A stretch of DNA of 52,407 nt, the filler included, from Dirinaria sp. TL-2023a (taxonomy: Eukaryota): NCBI GenBank assembly GCA_051941275.1. It is 3 parts of 3 records of this genome, joined end to end, with 100 filler letters (N's around TTAATTAATTAA, not from the genome) between each part and the next. Parts side by side here need not be neighbours in the genome. Positions count along the whole stretch, not along the records: positions 1 to 17,427 come from JAVEBF010000429.1; positions 17,528 to 34,927 come from JAVEBF010000430.1; 1 more part is not named here. One strand, 5' to 3'. The position numbers and the translations under genes are program-made. Of this stretch, positions 13,193 through 24,281 are shown one piece after another (position 1 is the stretch's first letter; every line of letters starts with the position of its first letter). The notes under the pieces are model-generated. The model searched no databases. It was not told the DNA's origin and saw nothing but the letters and a program-made list of their open reading frames with translations.

Positions 13193-13973
13193 CGCTCTTT
13201 TCTCATTTTGACTGTGCAGTCAAGTCGCCGAGAGGCTCGAGAGGGCGAGAACATCTCATGCCAGGGGAGACGAGGTAGAGATGGGGAGGTTTGGACTTGA
13301 ATACATGAGGTCCGGAGAAGGATGCAAGAGGAAGTAGGTGGGTGTAAGATGGCAGCGAATGGGTCTAGATTAGGACTGCTGACGAAGAAGGCAGCGGTAT
13401 CTGTAGGTAGTGAGATGCAGGGTTTAGGTACATGCACTGTACTGGCATCGGAACCACTAGTACACTGGGGGGGCGCATCCCGAACGGTGGGCCCGAAAGG
13501 GCCATCCGCGGTGGTGGGGGGGAGCCACTTAGCGACGCTTGACTAAGCCCAGCTAGCTACGGGCGGAGTGCGCCATACTCTACCAGCGTAACATCATCAG
13601 GGCGGGTACCTAAGGTGTCTCGAATCTTGACCAAAACTTTGACCAAGGGACCGAAGTACCTAAGTACCTTAGACTCGCTCACTCGGTACCTACCTTAGGT
13701 ATTAATGTAATCTTACTATTACATTCACGTAGCGGCGGGCAGAAAGGACTTTTTCGAAAACCCTTATCATTATTTACTTTGACTCTACTTTACTCTTCCT
13801 TCGATTAATAATAATTAATACCGGTACATTTATCATTCCAATCCGCCTAGCCGTGCTTGCGGTTGTTTATCTAGCTCTTGATTTGTGTTTTCTCTGCTTC
13901 ATCAATGCTCTATTGACTTCAAATCCACACAATCATATACCCGTGGGGCTGACGAGCAACTATCTAGCAGACA

Positions 13974-14654
13974 ATGACCTCAAAGAGAGATATGAGAAGG
14001 CCAGACCTCGGTAAGCCCGTGGAAGGACTGCACGGTCTAAAGCTTACCTTAACCCGGTAGTCATACCCTATGTCGACCTATCAAAAGACAAGGATGATAA
14101 GGGTGACATGTCGAGCACTATGGCCAGTACGCTACCAATGGCTGCAGTAAGTATAGCAAGATGGGCTTCTCACGCTTAGGCTAAACAAGCCGACAGATGT
14201 TTACGAAGAACAAGTCAGTCCGAATAGCTGCGGTCAATGTGTACGCCATGTGCTAAATGTCCTCTCGCTTGGCAGGATGATCGGCTGGTATGCGATCACC
14301 ACGACTTCGTGTCATCGCCAGGATAATATTGATTTCGATTAGGGCCTCTCTGGTCTTTGCGATCCAAACATGGCTAGCTGAAACCCCGGAGCAAACGCGC
14401 AAAGCCGGGACTCCAAGCTATCTCAGCGTTGGCATGTCATGTACGCCGCAGTTCTTGTCCTAACCGAAGTCCGTTGAAGCTAACATGACGCTTTGTGCAG
14501 TAATGGCCGTTGCAGTGGTCAAATCTACCTATCTTTCCTCCGATCAATGTTATGACTGACTGTATCGCAGACATATTTACCACTTTTCTTGCCTCCGGGG
14601 CATGCGCGGAGAGGCACGGGCACCGAAGCACCTCCTGCTGCCCCACCACCATAA
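13974..14654 (+). CDS. Asterix/PAT10 (WDR83OS, UPF0139)-like ER membrane protein, PAT complex small subunit; 7 coding exons, ~116 aa
   Basis: Exons 13974-14010, 14061-14146, 14197-14213, 14276-14287, 14343-14440, 14501-14517, 14571-14654; all phases are consistent. Translation MTSKRDMRRPDLVIPY...DMSSTMASTLPMAAMFTKNKMIGWASLVFAIQTWLAE...SVGMSLMAVAVTYLPLFLPP matches the D.RRP N-terminus and short TM helices I recall for Asterix. A probable 5'UTR intron spans about 13824-13970. Confidence 0.8.
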
Positions 14655-15175
14655 TGAATGAGTCAAAGGGGGATCTATATTACTAAAGTTGATGGGAAAT
14701 GCTTATCCAAGTTGGATCCGTGCTACCAATTTCTCAGCCAAGCATCCGACGCCTCAACCTAGCAGCCAAGGCACATAGTAAAGTTTTACATCTGCTTCTA
14801 TGTAATGATGATTCTTAGACCTGCGATCCTGGAGCGGCATACTTTCTGCTCCTTCACTCTGCTTGCCATACGCGCGACGCTGTATCACTTTTTCCTAAGG
14901 TATGTTCACTGGATGAGGGTCGTTGTTCCGGGTATCACGATTGTTGTGTCGAGAGTCGTCGTTCTTGGCAGCTTACGTGATTAGTGCTGAATGATAAACC
15001 CCACATGTTCCAACCATTCCTTCGCATCTTCCTTCTCTTCCCTACAAACTTTCGCCATCGTCAATCTCCACTCTGTTGTGACTCAAAGAATCCCATTACA
15101 TAGAAGCCTACGATCGCATATCGTACTGTCATTCCATACACCTACACTAGCAAAGTCGTCGAAGAGAACGAGTTT

Positions 15176-15937
15176 ATGTCAATCGAAAACCTTAGGACGT
15201 TTGGTATGTGGGGAATCTTGTGGTCCTCGCCCCGGACCTCTTCACTCCTAGGGGCACATAGCCTCTGGAACTTCCTCTGTCAAGCACCATGGTTCATGTA
15301 CTAGCAATGCGGGATGGACTGGCTATGTCCCTCGAAAGGGCACTTTTTCTTCAAGTCGACGTTGCCGATGTGAATTGATCTTGGCTAACATCAACCTTCG
15401 TTATTAGATCCGTTCGCCGAAGCGGATGAAGATACCGGGGAGACCAAGCAGTCTCAGAACTACATCCATATACGCATCCAACGTACGTTCCGCACTTTCC
15501 ACTCGGTCCAAATGCCTTACTCCTCCGTGACCGCAAAACGCTGACATGTCCACACTCAGAGCGTAATGGTCGTAAGACTTTGACCACTGTACAGGGTCTT
15601 CCGAAGAAGTTCGATCAGAAAAAGATCCTGAAGGTCATCAAGAAGAAATTCGGTGGGTGAACTCCTATGGACTCCTATGGACTCTTGAAACTCCGCTGCC
15701 TCTCAGGAAACCACCGCTAATAGCGTTTTCAGCTTGCAATGGCACCATCGTCAATGATACGGAGATGGGCGAGGTGATCCAGCTTCAGGGCGACCAACGC
15801 AAAGATGTCCAAGAATTCTTGATCGACAAGAAGGAGGGGTTGGAGCTTGATGCCAAAACTATCAAGGTAGGTGTCATTGCCCCATTGATGCCGTGAGCAT
15901 TGCATCTCATTGTCCCGCACAGGTCCATGGCTTCTAA
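15176..15937 (+). CDS. SUI1: Translation initiation factor eIF1; 5 exons, ~114 aa
   Basis: Exons 15176-15203, 15408-15482, 15560-15652, 15733-15866, 15923-15937. Translation MSIENLRTFDPFAEAD...NYIHIRIQQRNGRKTLTTVQG...KKFACNGTIV..EMGEVIQLQGDQRK...IKVHGF. Confidence 0.97.
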
Positions 15938-16346
15938 GCCTTATCAACCACCACCCACCCCCTGAGCCGTCGTGAGCGGACAGATAGGAGTTCTATACAC
16001 GGTCGTTTTCCCTTAGACTTCTTGCTGCCCGCGGACGCACATAGTCGCACTTCGGCGCAGGGTGAGGCGTTGGTTGATACCCATGATAACGGAACCTGGC
16101 TACGGCAGCATCGAGGAAATTTTCTTTCAAAGGGTTTTGGACAACCAGGTTCCATGACTGATGGCTGTTGGTTGATGTATTTGATTATCGAGCATGCTCT
16201 AGTTTAAATCAGGCATTCTCGATGCCGCTAGCAAGCTTTTACTGTACACACTCTCAAGCCATGCCCCCTGGGCGTTTCGTGATCCATCATAATTCCTGCA
16301 AATGGCATTACCCCATCACTCGTTATCGTCAATCCCATTATGTATA

Positions 16347-17427
16347 TCAATTGCCACCCATCGCCAAGCCGTACAAACGCAGCCCCAAATCCCAAGCCGC
16401 CTGAAGGATCACGAAGAAAGGTACCACCGGGTCGTTTTCCCTCGTCAGATGCAACTGGAGCAGCAAGGAACACAGGCTCACGAAGCCGGCGATGGAGAAC
16501 ACACTGATGGACGCCGAAGTCTCCCTCTTGATGTCGATCTGCATCTGCAGCAGATGGTAGAGTGCAGTGAGGGTCTTTTCGTTTTTATTCCCCCAGGTCT
16601 CCATGTCAGCAGGCGTGGCATTTTTTAAATTAAAAGTGGGGGGGAGGATTTCCTCGCCACTTACGGTCGTGATGGATACCCAAGCCGGCAGCAGCATACG
16701 AGGATCCCTCAAAGCGCCCGACAGAAACAGGACCCAGGAAGTCGCTGACGCGATCAGAGCGTCGGTGGTGAGGAGACGAACGACGGTCGCGGAGGGGGAA
16801 TAACGCACCAGCCTGACCCGGTCAGCCCCATTCAAACTGAAACAGCGCCCACTCTCTTTTGAGACAGAGGAGGAAAGGAGGAAGACTCACCACCGTGACA
16901 TCAAACAATCCGTGAAAAAATAGGAAAGATATGCAGACGCCAAACACTGCCGACCGTAAGTAAGCACCAATTGAGTCCCTCCCCTCCCCTCCAACGTTCC
17001 CTGGGACCCCAGTAGATAGATAGACAGAGAGAAGGAGGAGGAGGAATATGTAAAACTTACATACCCAAAGAATAGCCAAAAATACCTCCGTGACGCGAAA
17101 CCTTTTCTCCACGCTCCACATCTGGCCGCTGCCCGGCCTCATCCCCATCCCCATCCCATCATCATCTCGAAGCAGCAGCTCGGCCAGGAACGTCAGCGCG
17201 CAACGTAGCCCCCACCATAGCGCCGGCGCCGTGCTCAGAGCGCGGCATATCAAGAGCGGGATATTCCAGCGAGCATTGACGCCCAGGAGGACGGCGACGC
17301 GAGGATGTGAGGCGGTCGAAGGACTGCGGGGGCGAGTGTCTCCTGATGGGGGGCTTTCTGATGGGGGTTCTTCTGATGGAGGGCTTTCTGATGGGGGATC
17401 TCCTGATGGGGGGCTTTCTGATGGGGG
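16347..17427 (-). CDS. EOS1-like ER membrane protein (N-glycosylation/oxidative stress family), 5' end lost at the contig break
   Basis: Exons <17427-17065, 16946-16891, 16812-16665, 16574-16347. HPRVAVLLGV..RW.IPLLICRALSTAPA...RFRVTEVFLAILWCLASAYLSYFFTDCLMSRWLVRYSPSATVVRLL...LLPAWVSITT, with several hydrophobic helices. Confidence 0.8.
17338..17427 (-). repeat. Coding minisatellite, 15-bp unit x ~6 (PPSES/PPSGD/PPSEE)
   Basis: Plus strand reads units like (c/t)ctgatggggggctt repeatedly up to the N-run. The array is in frame with the EOS1-like gene on the minus strand. Confidence 0.9.
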
Positions 17428-17527
17428 NNNNNNNNNNNNNNNNNNNNNNNNNNNNNNNNNNNNNNNNNNNNTTAATTAATTAANNNNNNNNNNNNNNNNN
17501 NNNNNNNNNNNNNNNNNNNNNNNNNNN
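17428..17527. other. Artificial contig spacer (44 N + TTAATTAATTAA + 44 N)
   Basis: Exactly 100 nt. The core at 17472-17483 is palindromic and gives TAA stops in all six frames. Confidence 0.98.
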
Positions 17528-17532
17528 TACTT

Positions 17533-17533
<1 letters not shown>

Positions 17534-17569
<36 letters not shown>
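17534..17569 (+). repeat. Poly(T) tract at the contig start
   Basis: Uninterrupted run of about 36 T right after the spacer. Confidence 0.95.
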
Positions 17570-17933
17570 CGAGATCGAGGAACGAGACGAGAGAGAGGGC
17601 GTAAATAAGAAAAGTACGAAGAGAGATGCTATGTCAAATAAACAAAAAGAGAAAGAAAAAATTTGAGAATATTGAGGTAGATCAGTTTCTTTTTAAAAGG
17701 AAGGAAGGAGAGGAGTGGGATAAATCTTCACATGCTGAGCTAACCTCAAACAAGAGGTGTGAGAGCAAAACGAGAGATAAGATAGGAGTACGAAGGGAAA
17801 GAACGATTTGATTTTCCATTTTTTTTACTTTTAGTCTATCTTAGCCTTATCAACAAATATCCTCACCGCGCGCTATTGTTCTTCTAATAAGATAAGAACG
17901 CTTCTAAAAAGCTCCTGACGAGAGATCCCTCCT

Positions 17934-20900
17934 CTAAATCTTCTTCCCCCTCCTCACAACCCTCAAAATCCGCTCCTCCATCCAATCCACCAACCGGCCC
18001 AACCCGCCAAACACATATCCAAACCCGAACCCCCACCGACGAATATGGCACGTGTAGATGAAGAAATAGACCAGCGCCCAATTGCTGATCACGAACCCCA
18101 GGAAGATGCCGAAATACGGCCACTTGTCCTTGGCGCTGACGTTCAGGCTGGCGATGTACTCGGCGCCGTTGGCGTACTGGCAGTAGCCGCAGTCGGCCGT
18201 GGCGGAAGGGTTGGTCAGGTAGCCTCGGTTGATGGATTGGACGAAGGCGCCCGCGTACTGGGCGCACGTTTGGCCGGGAGGCGGGTTGAAGCGGGCGGCT
18301 TCCTGCGGGGCGCAGGTGACGGTTCTGGAGGGCAGGACGGCGGCCATGACGCCGCCGATCCAGTAGGTCGAGGGGACGAGGTAGTAGAGCCAGTAGCGCC
18401 AGAAGACGGAGAGCATGTTGTAGGGCCGGATGACGCCGCAGAAGAGGCTGAACATGACCTGTAGTTCAGAAGGACGTTAGTAGGGATTTTAAGGGTAGGA
18501 TATAGGACAGGGAAGGTAGAGAGAAGGAGGTGGTGGCACGAACAAAGAAGAAAGGAAGGACGTTGCTGATGACGGTAAACGAAGGCGCGAAGGCGGTGAT
18601 CCATTGCCCCCAGCTGGCTTGGAAGAAGAAGAACAGCATCGTCATCAGGAAAACATAGCCGGCGGTGCTGCTATCCGTCGGTAGGCCTGTGGCATAGTAC
18701 CATAGCAGCCAATAGATGACCGAGGTGACGATGGAGGCGGGGATTTCGGTGACAACGCTGGCGGTGGAGAAGGCCACCCAGTTGTAAATCCGAGACGGGT
18801 GTTCGCGAGCTTCCCACAGTGCGAGGTTTTGGTAGAACTTGGGCACGACGGCATTGACGACCGTGGGCGGAATCAACACAATTAAAAAGCACGTAAACAT
18901 CGCGTCCTGCAAGTCGGCGACCGTGTTGCCGAGCTGCCAGAAAGTAAACCCGTTGAAGATTCCGATGATCACTGCAACAAAGATTTTGCCGTAGAGGTAT
19001 GAGGGCGACCGCCAGTGCTGGATGAACATCCTTCGAGTCAACATGGTGATCTGAAGCCAGACCGGTGACGCGAACTCGTGCTGCGTTTCGGCTTTTGGAG
19101 CTGGTAGCTTGGAGCGTTGCTCGTTGATCTGCTGGATTTCCGATAGCAAGGCAGCGTTCTCGGACGAGCGCCGCCACTCATCATTCCAGTTCAAACGTTT
19201 GCCGTCCGCACGCTTCCCACCCTTGGCGGCTGTCTCGAGTATGAATTCGGCAACATTCTTTTGTGGAGGGCAATGAACGCCACGGTCTGCGAAGTACTTG
19301 ATCACGGCGCTACCATTGTCGCCAACAGGACCAAAGTAGAACGTCTGCCCATTGGGGTTCAGAGCCAGGATCATATCGAACTGTTGGATCAACAGGGAAG
19401 AGGGTTGATGAATGGTGCAAATGATGCCATGGCCTGCCCGTGTCAGTTTGTTTAGAAAGCGAACGATGGAATAGGCTGATTGGGAGTCTAGGCCCGAGGT
19501 TGGCTCATCGAGGAATAGGAGCTGAGGTCTTGCGGCGAGTTCGACGGCTATGGTGACTCGTTTGCGTTGTTCGACACCAAGGGAGGAAATCAAGGCATCT
19601 TGGAGCTCTCCCAATTCTAGCAGATCAATGATCTCATCGACGTACGCAAGCTTTTCTGACTTAGGGATGTGTCGGTTTTGGCGAAGCACTGCAGAAAACT
19701 CAATACTTTCTCGGATGGTGGCTGTCATATCATGGAGATCCATCTGCTCGACAAAGCCAGTGCCGCGCTGAAATTCAGGTCCCAAGGGTCGACCATCGAC
19801 GAGCATTTCGCCCGAGACCACACCAATCCTTTGTCTCTGACTGAGAGTGTTGAGAAGCGTTGTTTTACCAGCTCCTGAGACGCGCATTAGCAGTTAATAC
19901 CGAAGCGGGGCTCCAGGCGCGGCATACCTGAGACTCCCATCAATGCAACCATGATACCGGCTTTGGCGTATCCGTGTACGTCAGTCAGTAATTGCCGTTG
20001 ACCTCCTTGATATGGAACGCTGTAATTGACGTCTGTCCATGTGAAAATACTTTCGTTGGCCGAGCTTTGAAGGATAGCGTCATCATTTGGGCTATTCGTG
20101 CGTGTCTGTTGGCTGGAGGCACTGCTATCACCTGGGTCTCCAGCCTTCTCCTCATCAGAGCTCCTGTTGTTTGCTGAAGCGGATTGCTTCTTAGCGCCTT
20201 TTTTGAACACAAGAGCCCCACCACCGCCAGCGACGAATGTGAACAGCTCAGAAGCTATAGCTGTCACGAGGATGTAGAGCACAGTCCAGGCGATCACGAC
20301 ACCAAAATTCCTCCATAGGTGGGACCGAGTACTAATATCTATGAGCATCTGGTATTCCAACGATAATATAAGACTCACTATTCATAAGTGACCTCCAGAT
20401 ATCGTTCACCGGAGACGGTATTACTACCGAGCTGAGCACCACTGATAGCGCATCCTTGATACTGGGGTTGGACACCAGGCCCCTGAGGTATCAGCTGTTC
20501 TGGAGAACAAGCCATCTGGCGCTTGTAAAATTCGTTCCCCAACACCGCTTCAAAAGAGTACGAAATTGGATTCACGTAGTAGAGCCATCCGAACCATATC
20601 TTTTGGCTAACCAGCGTAGGCTTGGCTATAACGTATCCGGTGTATACGATGAGAAGATTCAGCGCGGTTCCCGAAAATCGAACGGCGTCGTCTATAGTAG
20701 GCGACAATGCGGCAAACATGCGGTAGAGGGCTGTGATGTTTATGGTGCTGACATACACAAAGAGCGCGTATATGAAGAACTTCGATACATCTCGGTCCAG
20801 GTTGGTCATAAAATACATGATGATTGCGAAAAGGATAACCTGGACGAGGATCAATGGAAAATCAGCAATGACTCGGGCCATCGAAACAGCGCTGGGGCGA

Positions 20901-22906
20901 TAGAAGGCATATTCTCGATGCCTAGCAATGACCGCCCTTCCGCCGACGGCCTTCATCAATTCAGAAAGTTGCAGCCAGCCCAGGAAGAGAATTGAGAAAA
21001 ATGCCGTTCCACCCCGACTGAAAGCACTGTCGGTATCGCTAGACTGTCCGTAGAACAGAGAGCCGACGATCAAGCCGTTTGAGATTATAATGAATATCTT
21101 GGTCCACAATGTCGGTTTGTCGCCCCACACTAACCAGAATTCGCGACGTGTGCAAGCCAGAACTTGTCTTGAATAGCTGACAGTAAAGCTTGACTTCGTA
21201 GAGACCCTTTTGGACTGCTGTTCTTTGACACTTTGTTTGAACTCTCTAGCATCTTGATAGTCCGTTTCCGCAAGCCGCTTTTCATAGTCTTCGACATCGG
21301 CAAGAACCCGGCGATACGTCTCGCTATTTCTGTAGACCTTTTCGAATTCCTCCGCCGTCCTAGGGGCTTTCGCTTCGTATCCTTCGCGAACAATGCGTTG
21401 CTTTGGGTCAGTCACCGAGGTCAAAAAGTCGGCGGTAGTTTCTCTCTCCGGGCAATGAAAGCCAAGGTCAATCATGTACTGCTTCGCTTTTTTGGCGGGT
21501 CCTTGATATATCATGCGCCCTTCATCGATCAGGAGCACTTTGTCCATCAGCGCATAGATCCCCTCACCGGCTTGATAGAGGGTTACAAGAGTTGTGCGAT
21601 TACTGATATCGGTCATGATCCGCAGGGAGTTGGCGTAATCCAAAGCTGTCGATGCGTCAAGGCCTCTCGTCGAGTTATCCCAGCAAACCACTGTGGATTT
21701 CGTCGCTAAAGTCTCAGCAATGGAGACGCGCTTCCTCTCGCCACCTGATATACCGCGCACAAGTTCATTGCCAACCAGGGTCTTGCTCGTGTGGCTAATA
21801 CCGAACATTTTAAGCAAGGCTTGGATTATGATATTTATTTCTCCCTTTTCTCTTCTTTTCGTCTTATTCAGCAAAGAGAATTTCAGAGTTTGCCATACGT
21901 CGAGTGTCGGAAAGTGTTGATCATCTTCGGGGTTGTAATTGACTTCTCCTCTGTAGTGAGCATGCTGCTTATGTGCAGGTATGCCTCCATAAGTGACTTC
22001 TCCAGTGACCTGAGCGAAGTCGCCTCGCTGATTAGCAATAGCTTTGAGAAAAGTGGTGCATCCCGATCCCGGCCGACCAAGAACCAGCATCATTTCTCCG
22101 TCCCGTACGAGGCCCGTGAAGTCGTTCGTAAGCGTTCGCAACGGCGGATGAGCACCGAATCTTAGCGCAGGAATGAAACTGCAGAGTATGCGGTAGAGAT
22201 CTGGGCCGAAAGTTCCCAACACAGCGTTTGGCAGTGTACGGACGTAGTTCGCCGTACTGACAACGCCTTTGACAGTGAGGTTTTTGAATGTAACTCCGAC
22301 CTTCTTTGCAGAATCGCCGGTCTCGGTCCTCTTCTCGAAATGTCCTTCTTTGATGAATGGACCAAGCTCAAATTCTTCCTCTTTCTCCGCCATGCCTTCG
22401 GCGTCGCCTGCTTCAAGATCCGTGTCGGTCTCCGAGAAACTCCTCGTCGTAGACTTCGCACGCGCTCGTTGAGCTGTCGCCGATTCCGACTTTCGGCTTT
22501 TGTTTGTAAGGGTACGAAAAAGGCCTTGTGCTTCCCCTTTGCCGCTTTGTTGAGAGTGGGTTTTGGTGAGGTGCGTCAGCTCCTTGCGCATCTCTTCGTA
22601 ATCTTCCATTGCCATGCGGTGGCTAACAGGGGCCCCAACGTCCCGTTCGCCCCATGTACCATCTGCGTAAGAAGCAGAAGATGCCTCCGTACCGGGAACA
22701 GCAGTGGACATGGCGCCACTGGGCTCCGGCTCGCGCCTGCCTTCAGCTTCCTGCCCATGATTCTCCTCATCTGTAGGACGAATGTTGTGAAGTTCAGTAT
22801 CTGGGGCTTCAAACAGTTAGCGTCTCCCTTGAGGTTTCTCGATTGCGGGATTACCGCTCGAAACAGCCCTCAATTGATACAACTGCGGCGGATGTTGACT
22901 GAACAT
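17934..22906 (-). CDS. Full-size PDR/ABCG multidrug transporter, (NBD-TMD)2, AtrF-like; 5 exons, ~1577 aa
   Basis: Exons 22906-22855, 22800-20379, 20331-19928, 19874-18544, 18458-17934. NBD1 has GRPGSGCTT (PDR-type Cys in Walker A), ISGGERKRVSIAE and CWDNSTRGLD. NBD2 has MGVSGAGKTT, degenerate signature LGVEQRKRVTIAVEL and LFLDEPTSGLDSQ. PDR-CDR motif HLWRNFGVV. The first exon is inferred and less certain. Confidence 0.95.
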
Positions 22907-24281
22907 GATCAGTGCTTAGGTCAGTGGTCAGTAGACTAGTCACGAAGTCTATCACAAAATAGGATTTACACCAAGCGGCGCTTGGAGAGGATCATAAATC
23001 ACGACGTCTGAACGGTTTGCGGCGGGATTTGAAATCAAGCATGGGCATTAGCATCAACATAAATGGAGATTGGGAGCGTCTTATGCAGGTGGGATGCATG
23101 ATGGGGATGAATCATATCAGATTGGTAATACTGTATGGGATAGCACTACCCTAGCTTCCTAGCTTCCTGGCTTGAGGTTCCCTGCTTAGTCGTGGAATCC
23201 CTCCTGTGCAGTTGAGCGGTCTGAGAGTGACGTTCGTTCCGTCGGTTGAAGAGGGTGCATGAGGTAAGACGAGAGAACCAATGGATGGGATTTGATGACT
23301 GGTGTCATTGGTCCTCTGCTTAGGGTTCTGGGGTTGAGGGCTCACACCTCGACAAACCGGAAGCCTGACTTAGCTTAGGCTTCCCGGTGGACAACGGGCT
23401 TCTCACCCAGCTAACCAGTAAGCGAGTCATGAAGCCTTATCCAAATCTTCACCCTGACTCCGTAACTCTTATCATAACTCCGAAATCCTTGCGAATACCA
23501 GTAACTCCGTACGCTTGGTCTGATTGCGGACGAATTCGGACGAATGCTCCGCAGCAAGACCAAGTGCGTTATTACTGTACTCTACATATTGTGCGTGACT
23601 CATCTCATGGACTGCTTTCCCCTGTCAGTGCACAGGGATCGAAAGGATTGGATACCATCCCAGAGAACCCTGAATTATCAATTGTAGAGCGACCCAATTA
23701 AAAAAGTAATCAAGACTTTCCGATAGCTACAGTAGCATTCAGTGGCATGGGATGGGAAGATGGCTTCTTTATTTACATTTCTTCTTCTGTTGGCCAAGAG
23801 AAGATCTCGTAACTCTAGGTAGCTTGTTGCAATCTTCAATCTATCTTCAATTCGGGTACCAAAATCAGCTAAAACGTCCTTAGAGCACAAAGAGACCCCT
23901 AAGATCGGATAATCATCTACTGCTCAGCATGAGACTAATAAAGTGTGAGGAGGTATTGCTGCTGATGCTTGCTGTGAGTGTGACGGCTGTCCATGAAAGG
24001 TCCTCAGAGCATGCTGTATGGTGACTCATGCAACTGTTGGGGATATTCACGGCTAAAGGTAGAACTACTGTACTGTAAGTAGATGATGCACGAAGGCTTG
24101 AGAGGCTCGGCTTGATTAGATAATAATTAATGATACACGTTCCTTGGCGGTATCGCTATGCTGTGCTCGTCGCAGACATCGAGACTTTTCGCTATGCTCC
24201 ACTCCTAAAGCTCCAGAGCGCCTTCGCTGGGTGAAAAGCAGGCAGAGAAGAAAAAAAAAACAGGTAGAAAGACAAAGAGGA

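Noticed and set aside
13485..13510. GGCCC-GAAA-GGGCC tetraloop hairpin suggesting a structured RNA
   Set aside because: Only a 5-bp core stem in a GC-rich promoter, with no tRNA, SRP or ribozyme context visible.
14804..14990. ATGATGA C-box-like word downstream of the Asterix-like gene
   Set aside because: No D box (CTGA) at a suitable distance with a terminal stem, and no evident rRNA guide.
15661..15684. Short tandem duplications (ACTCCTATGG x2 here; 15-bp duplication at ~33118-33149; GGATGGCCAA x2 at ~36930-36951)
   Set aside because: Two-copy slippage duplications with no spacers or enclosed element, so neither CRISPR arrays nor target-site duplications.
17472..17483. TTAATTAATTAA palindrome as a biological element (piggyBac TTAA target or PacI-like site)
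   Set aside because: It is centred in N-runs and repeated identically at 34972-34983, so it is a synthetic six-frame stop linker.
22340..22939. 199-aa plus-strand ORF and similar 150-200 aa ORFs at 9855, 20456, 21233, 25885 and 51797
   Set aside because: All lie antisense to well-supported genes and are explained by codon bias on the coding strand.
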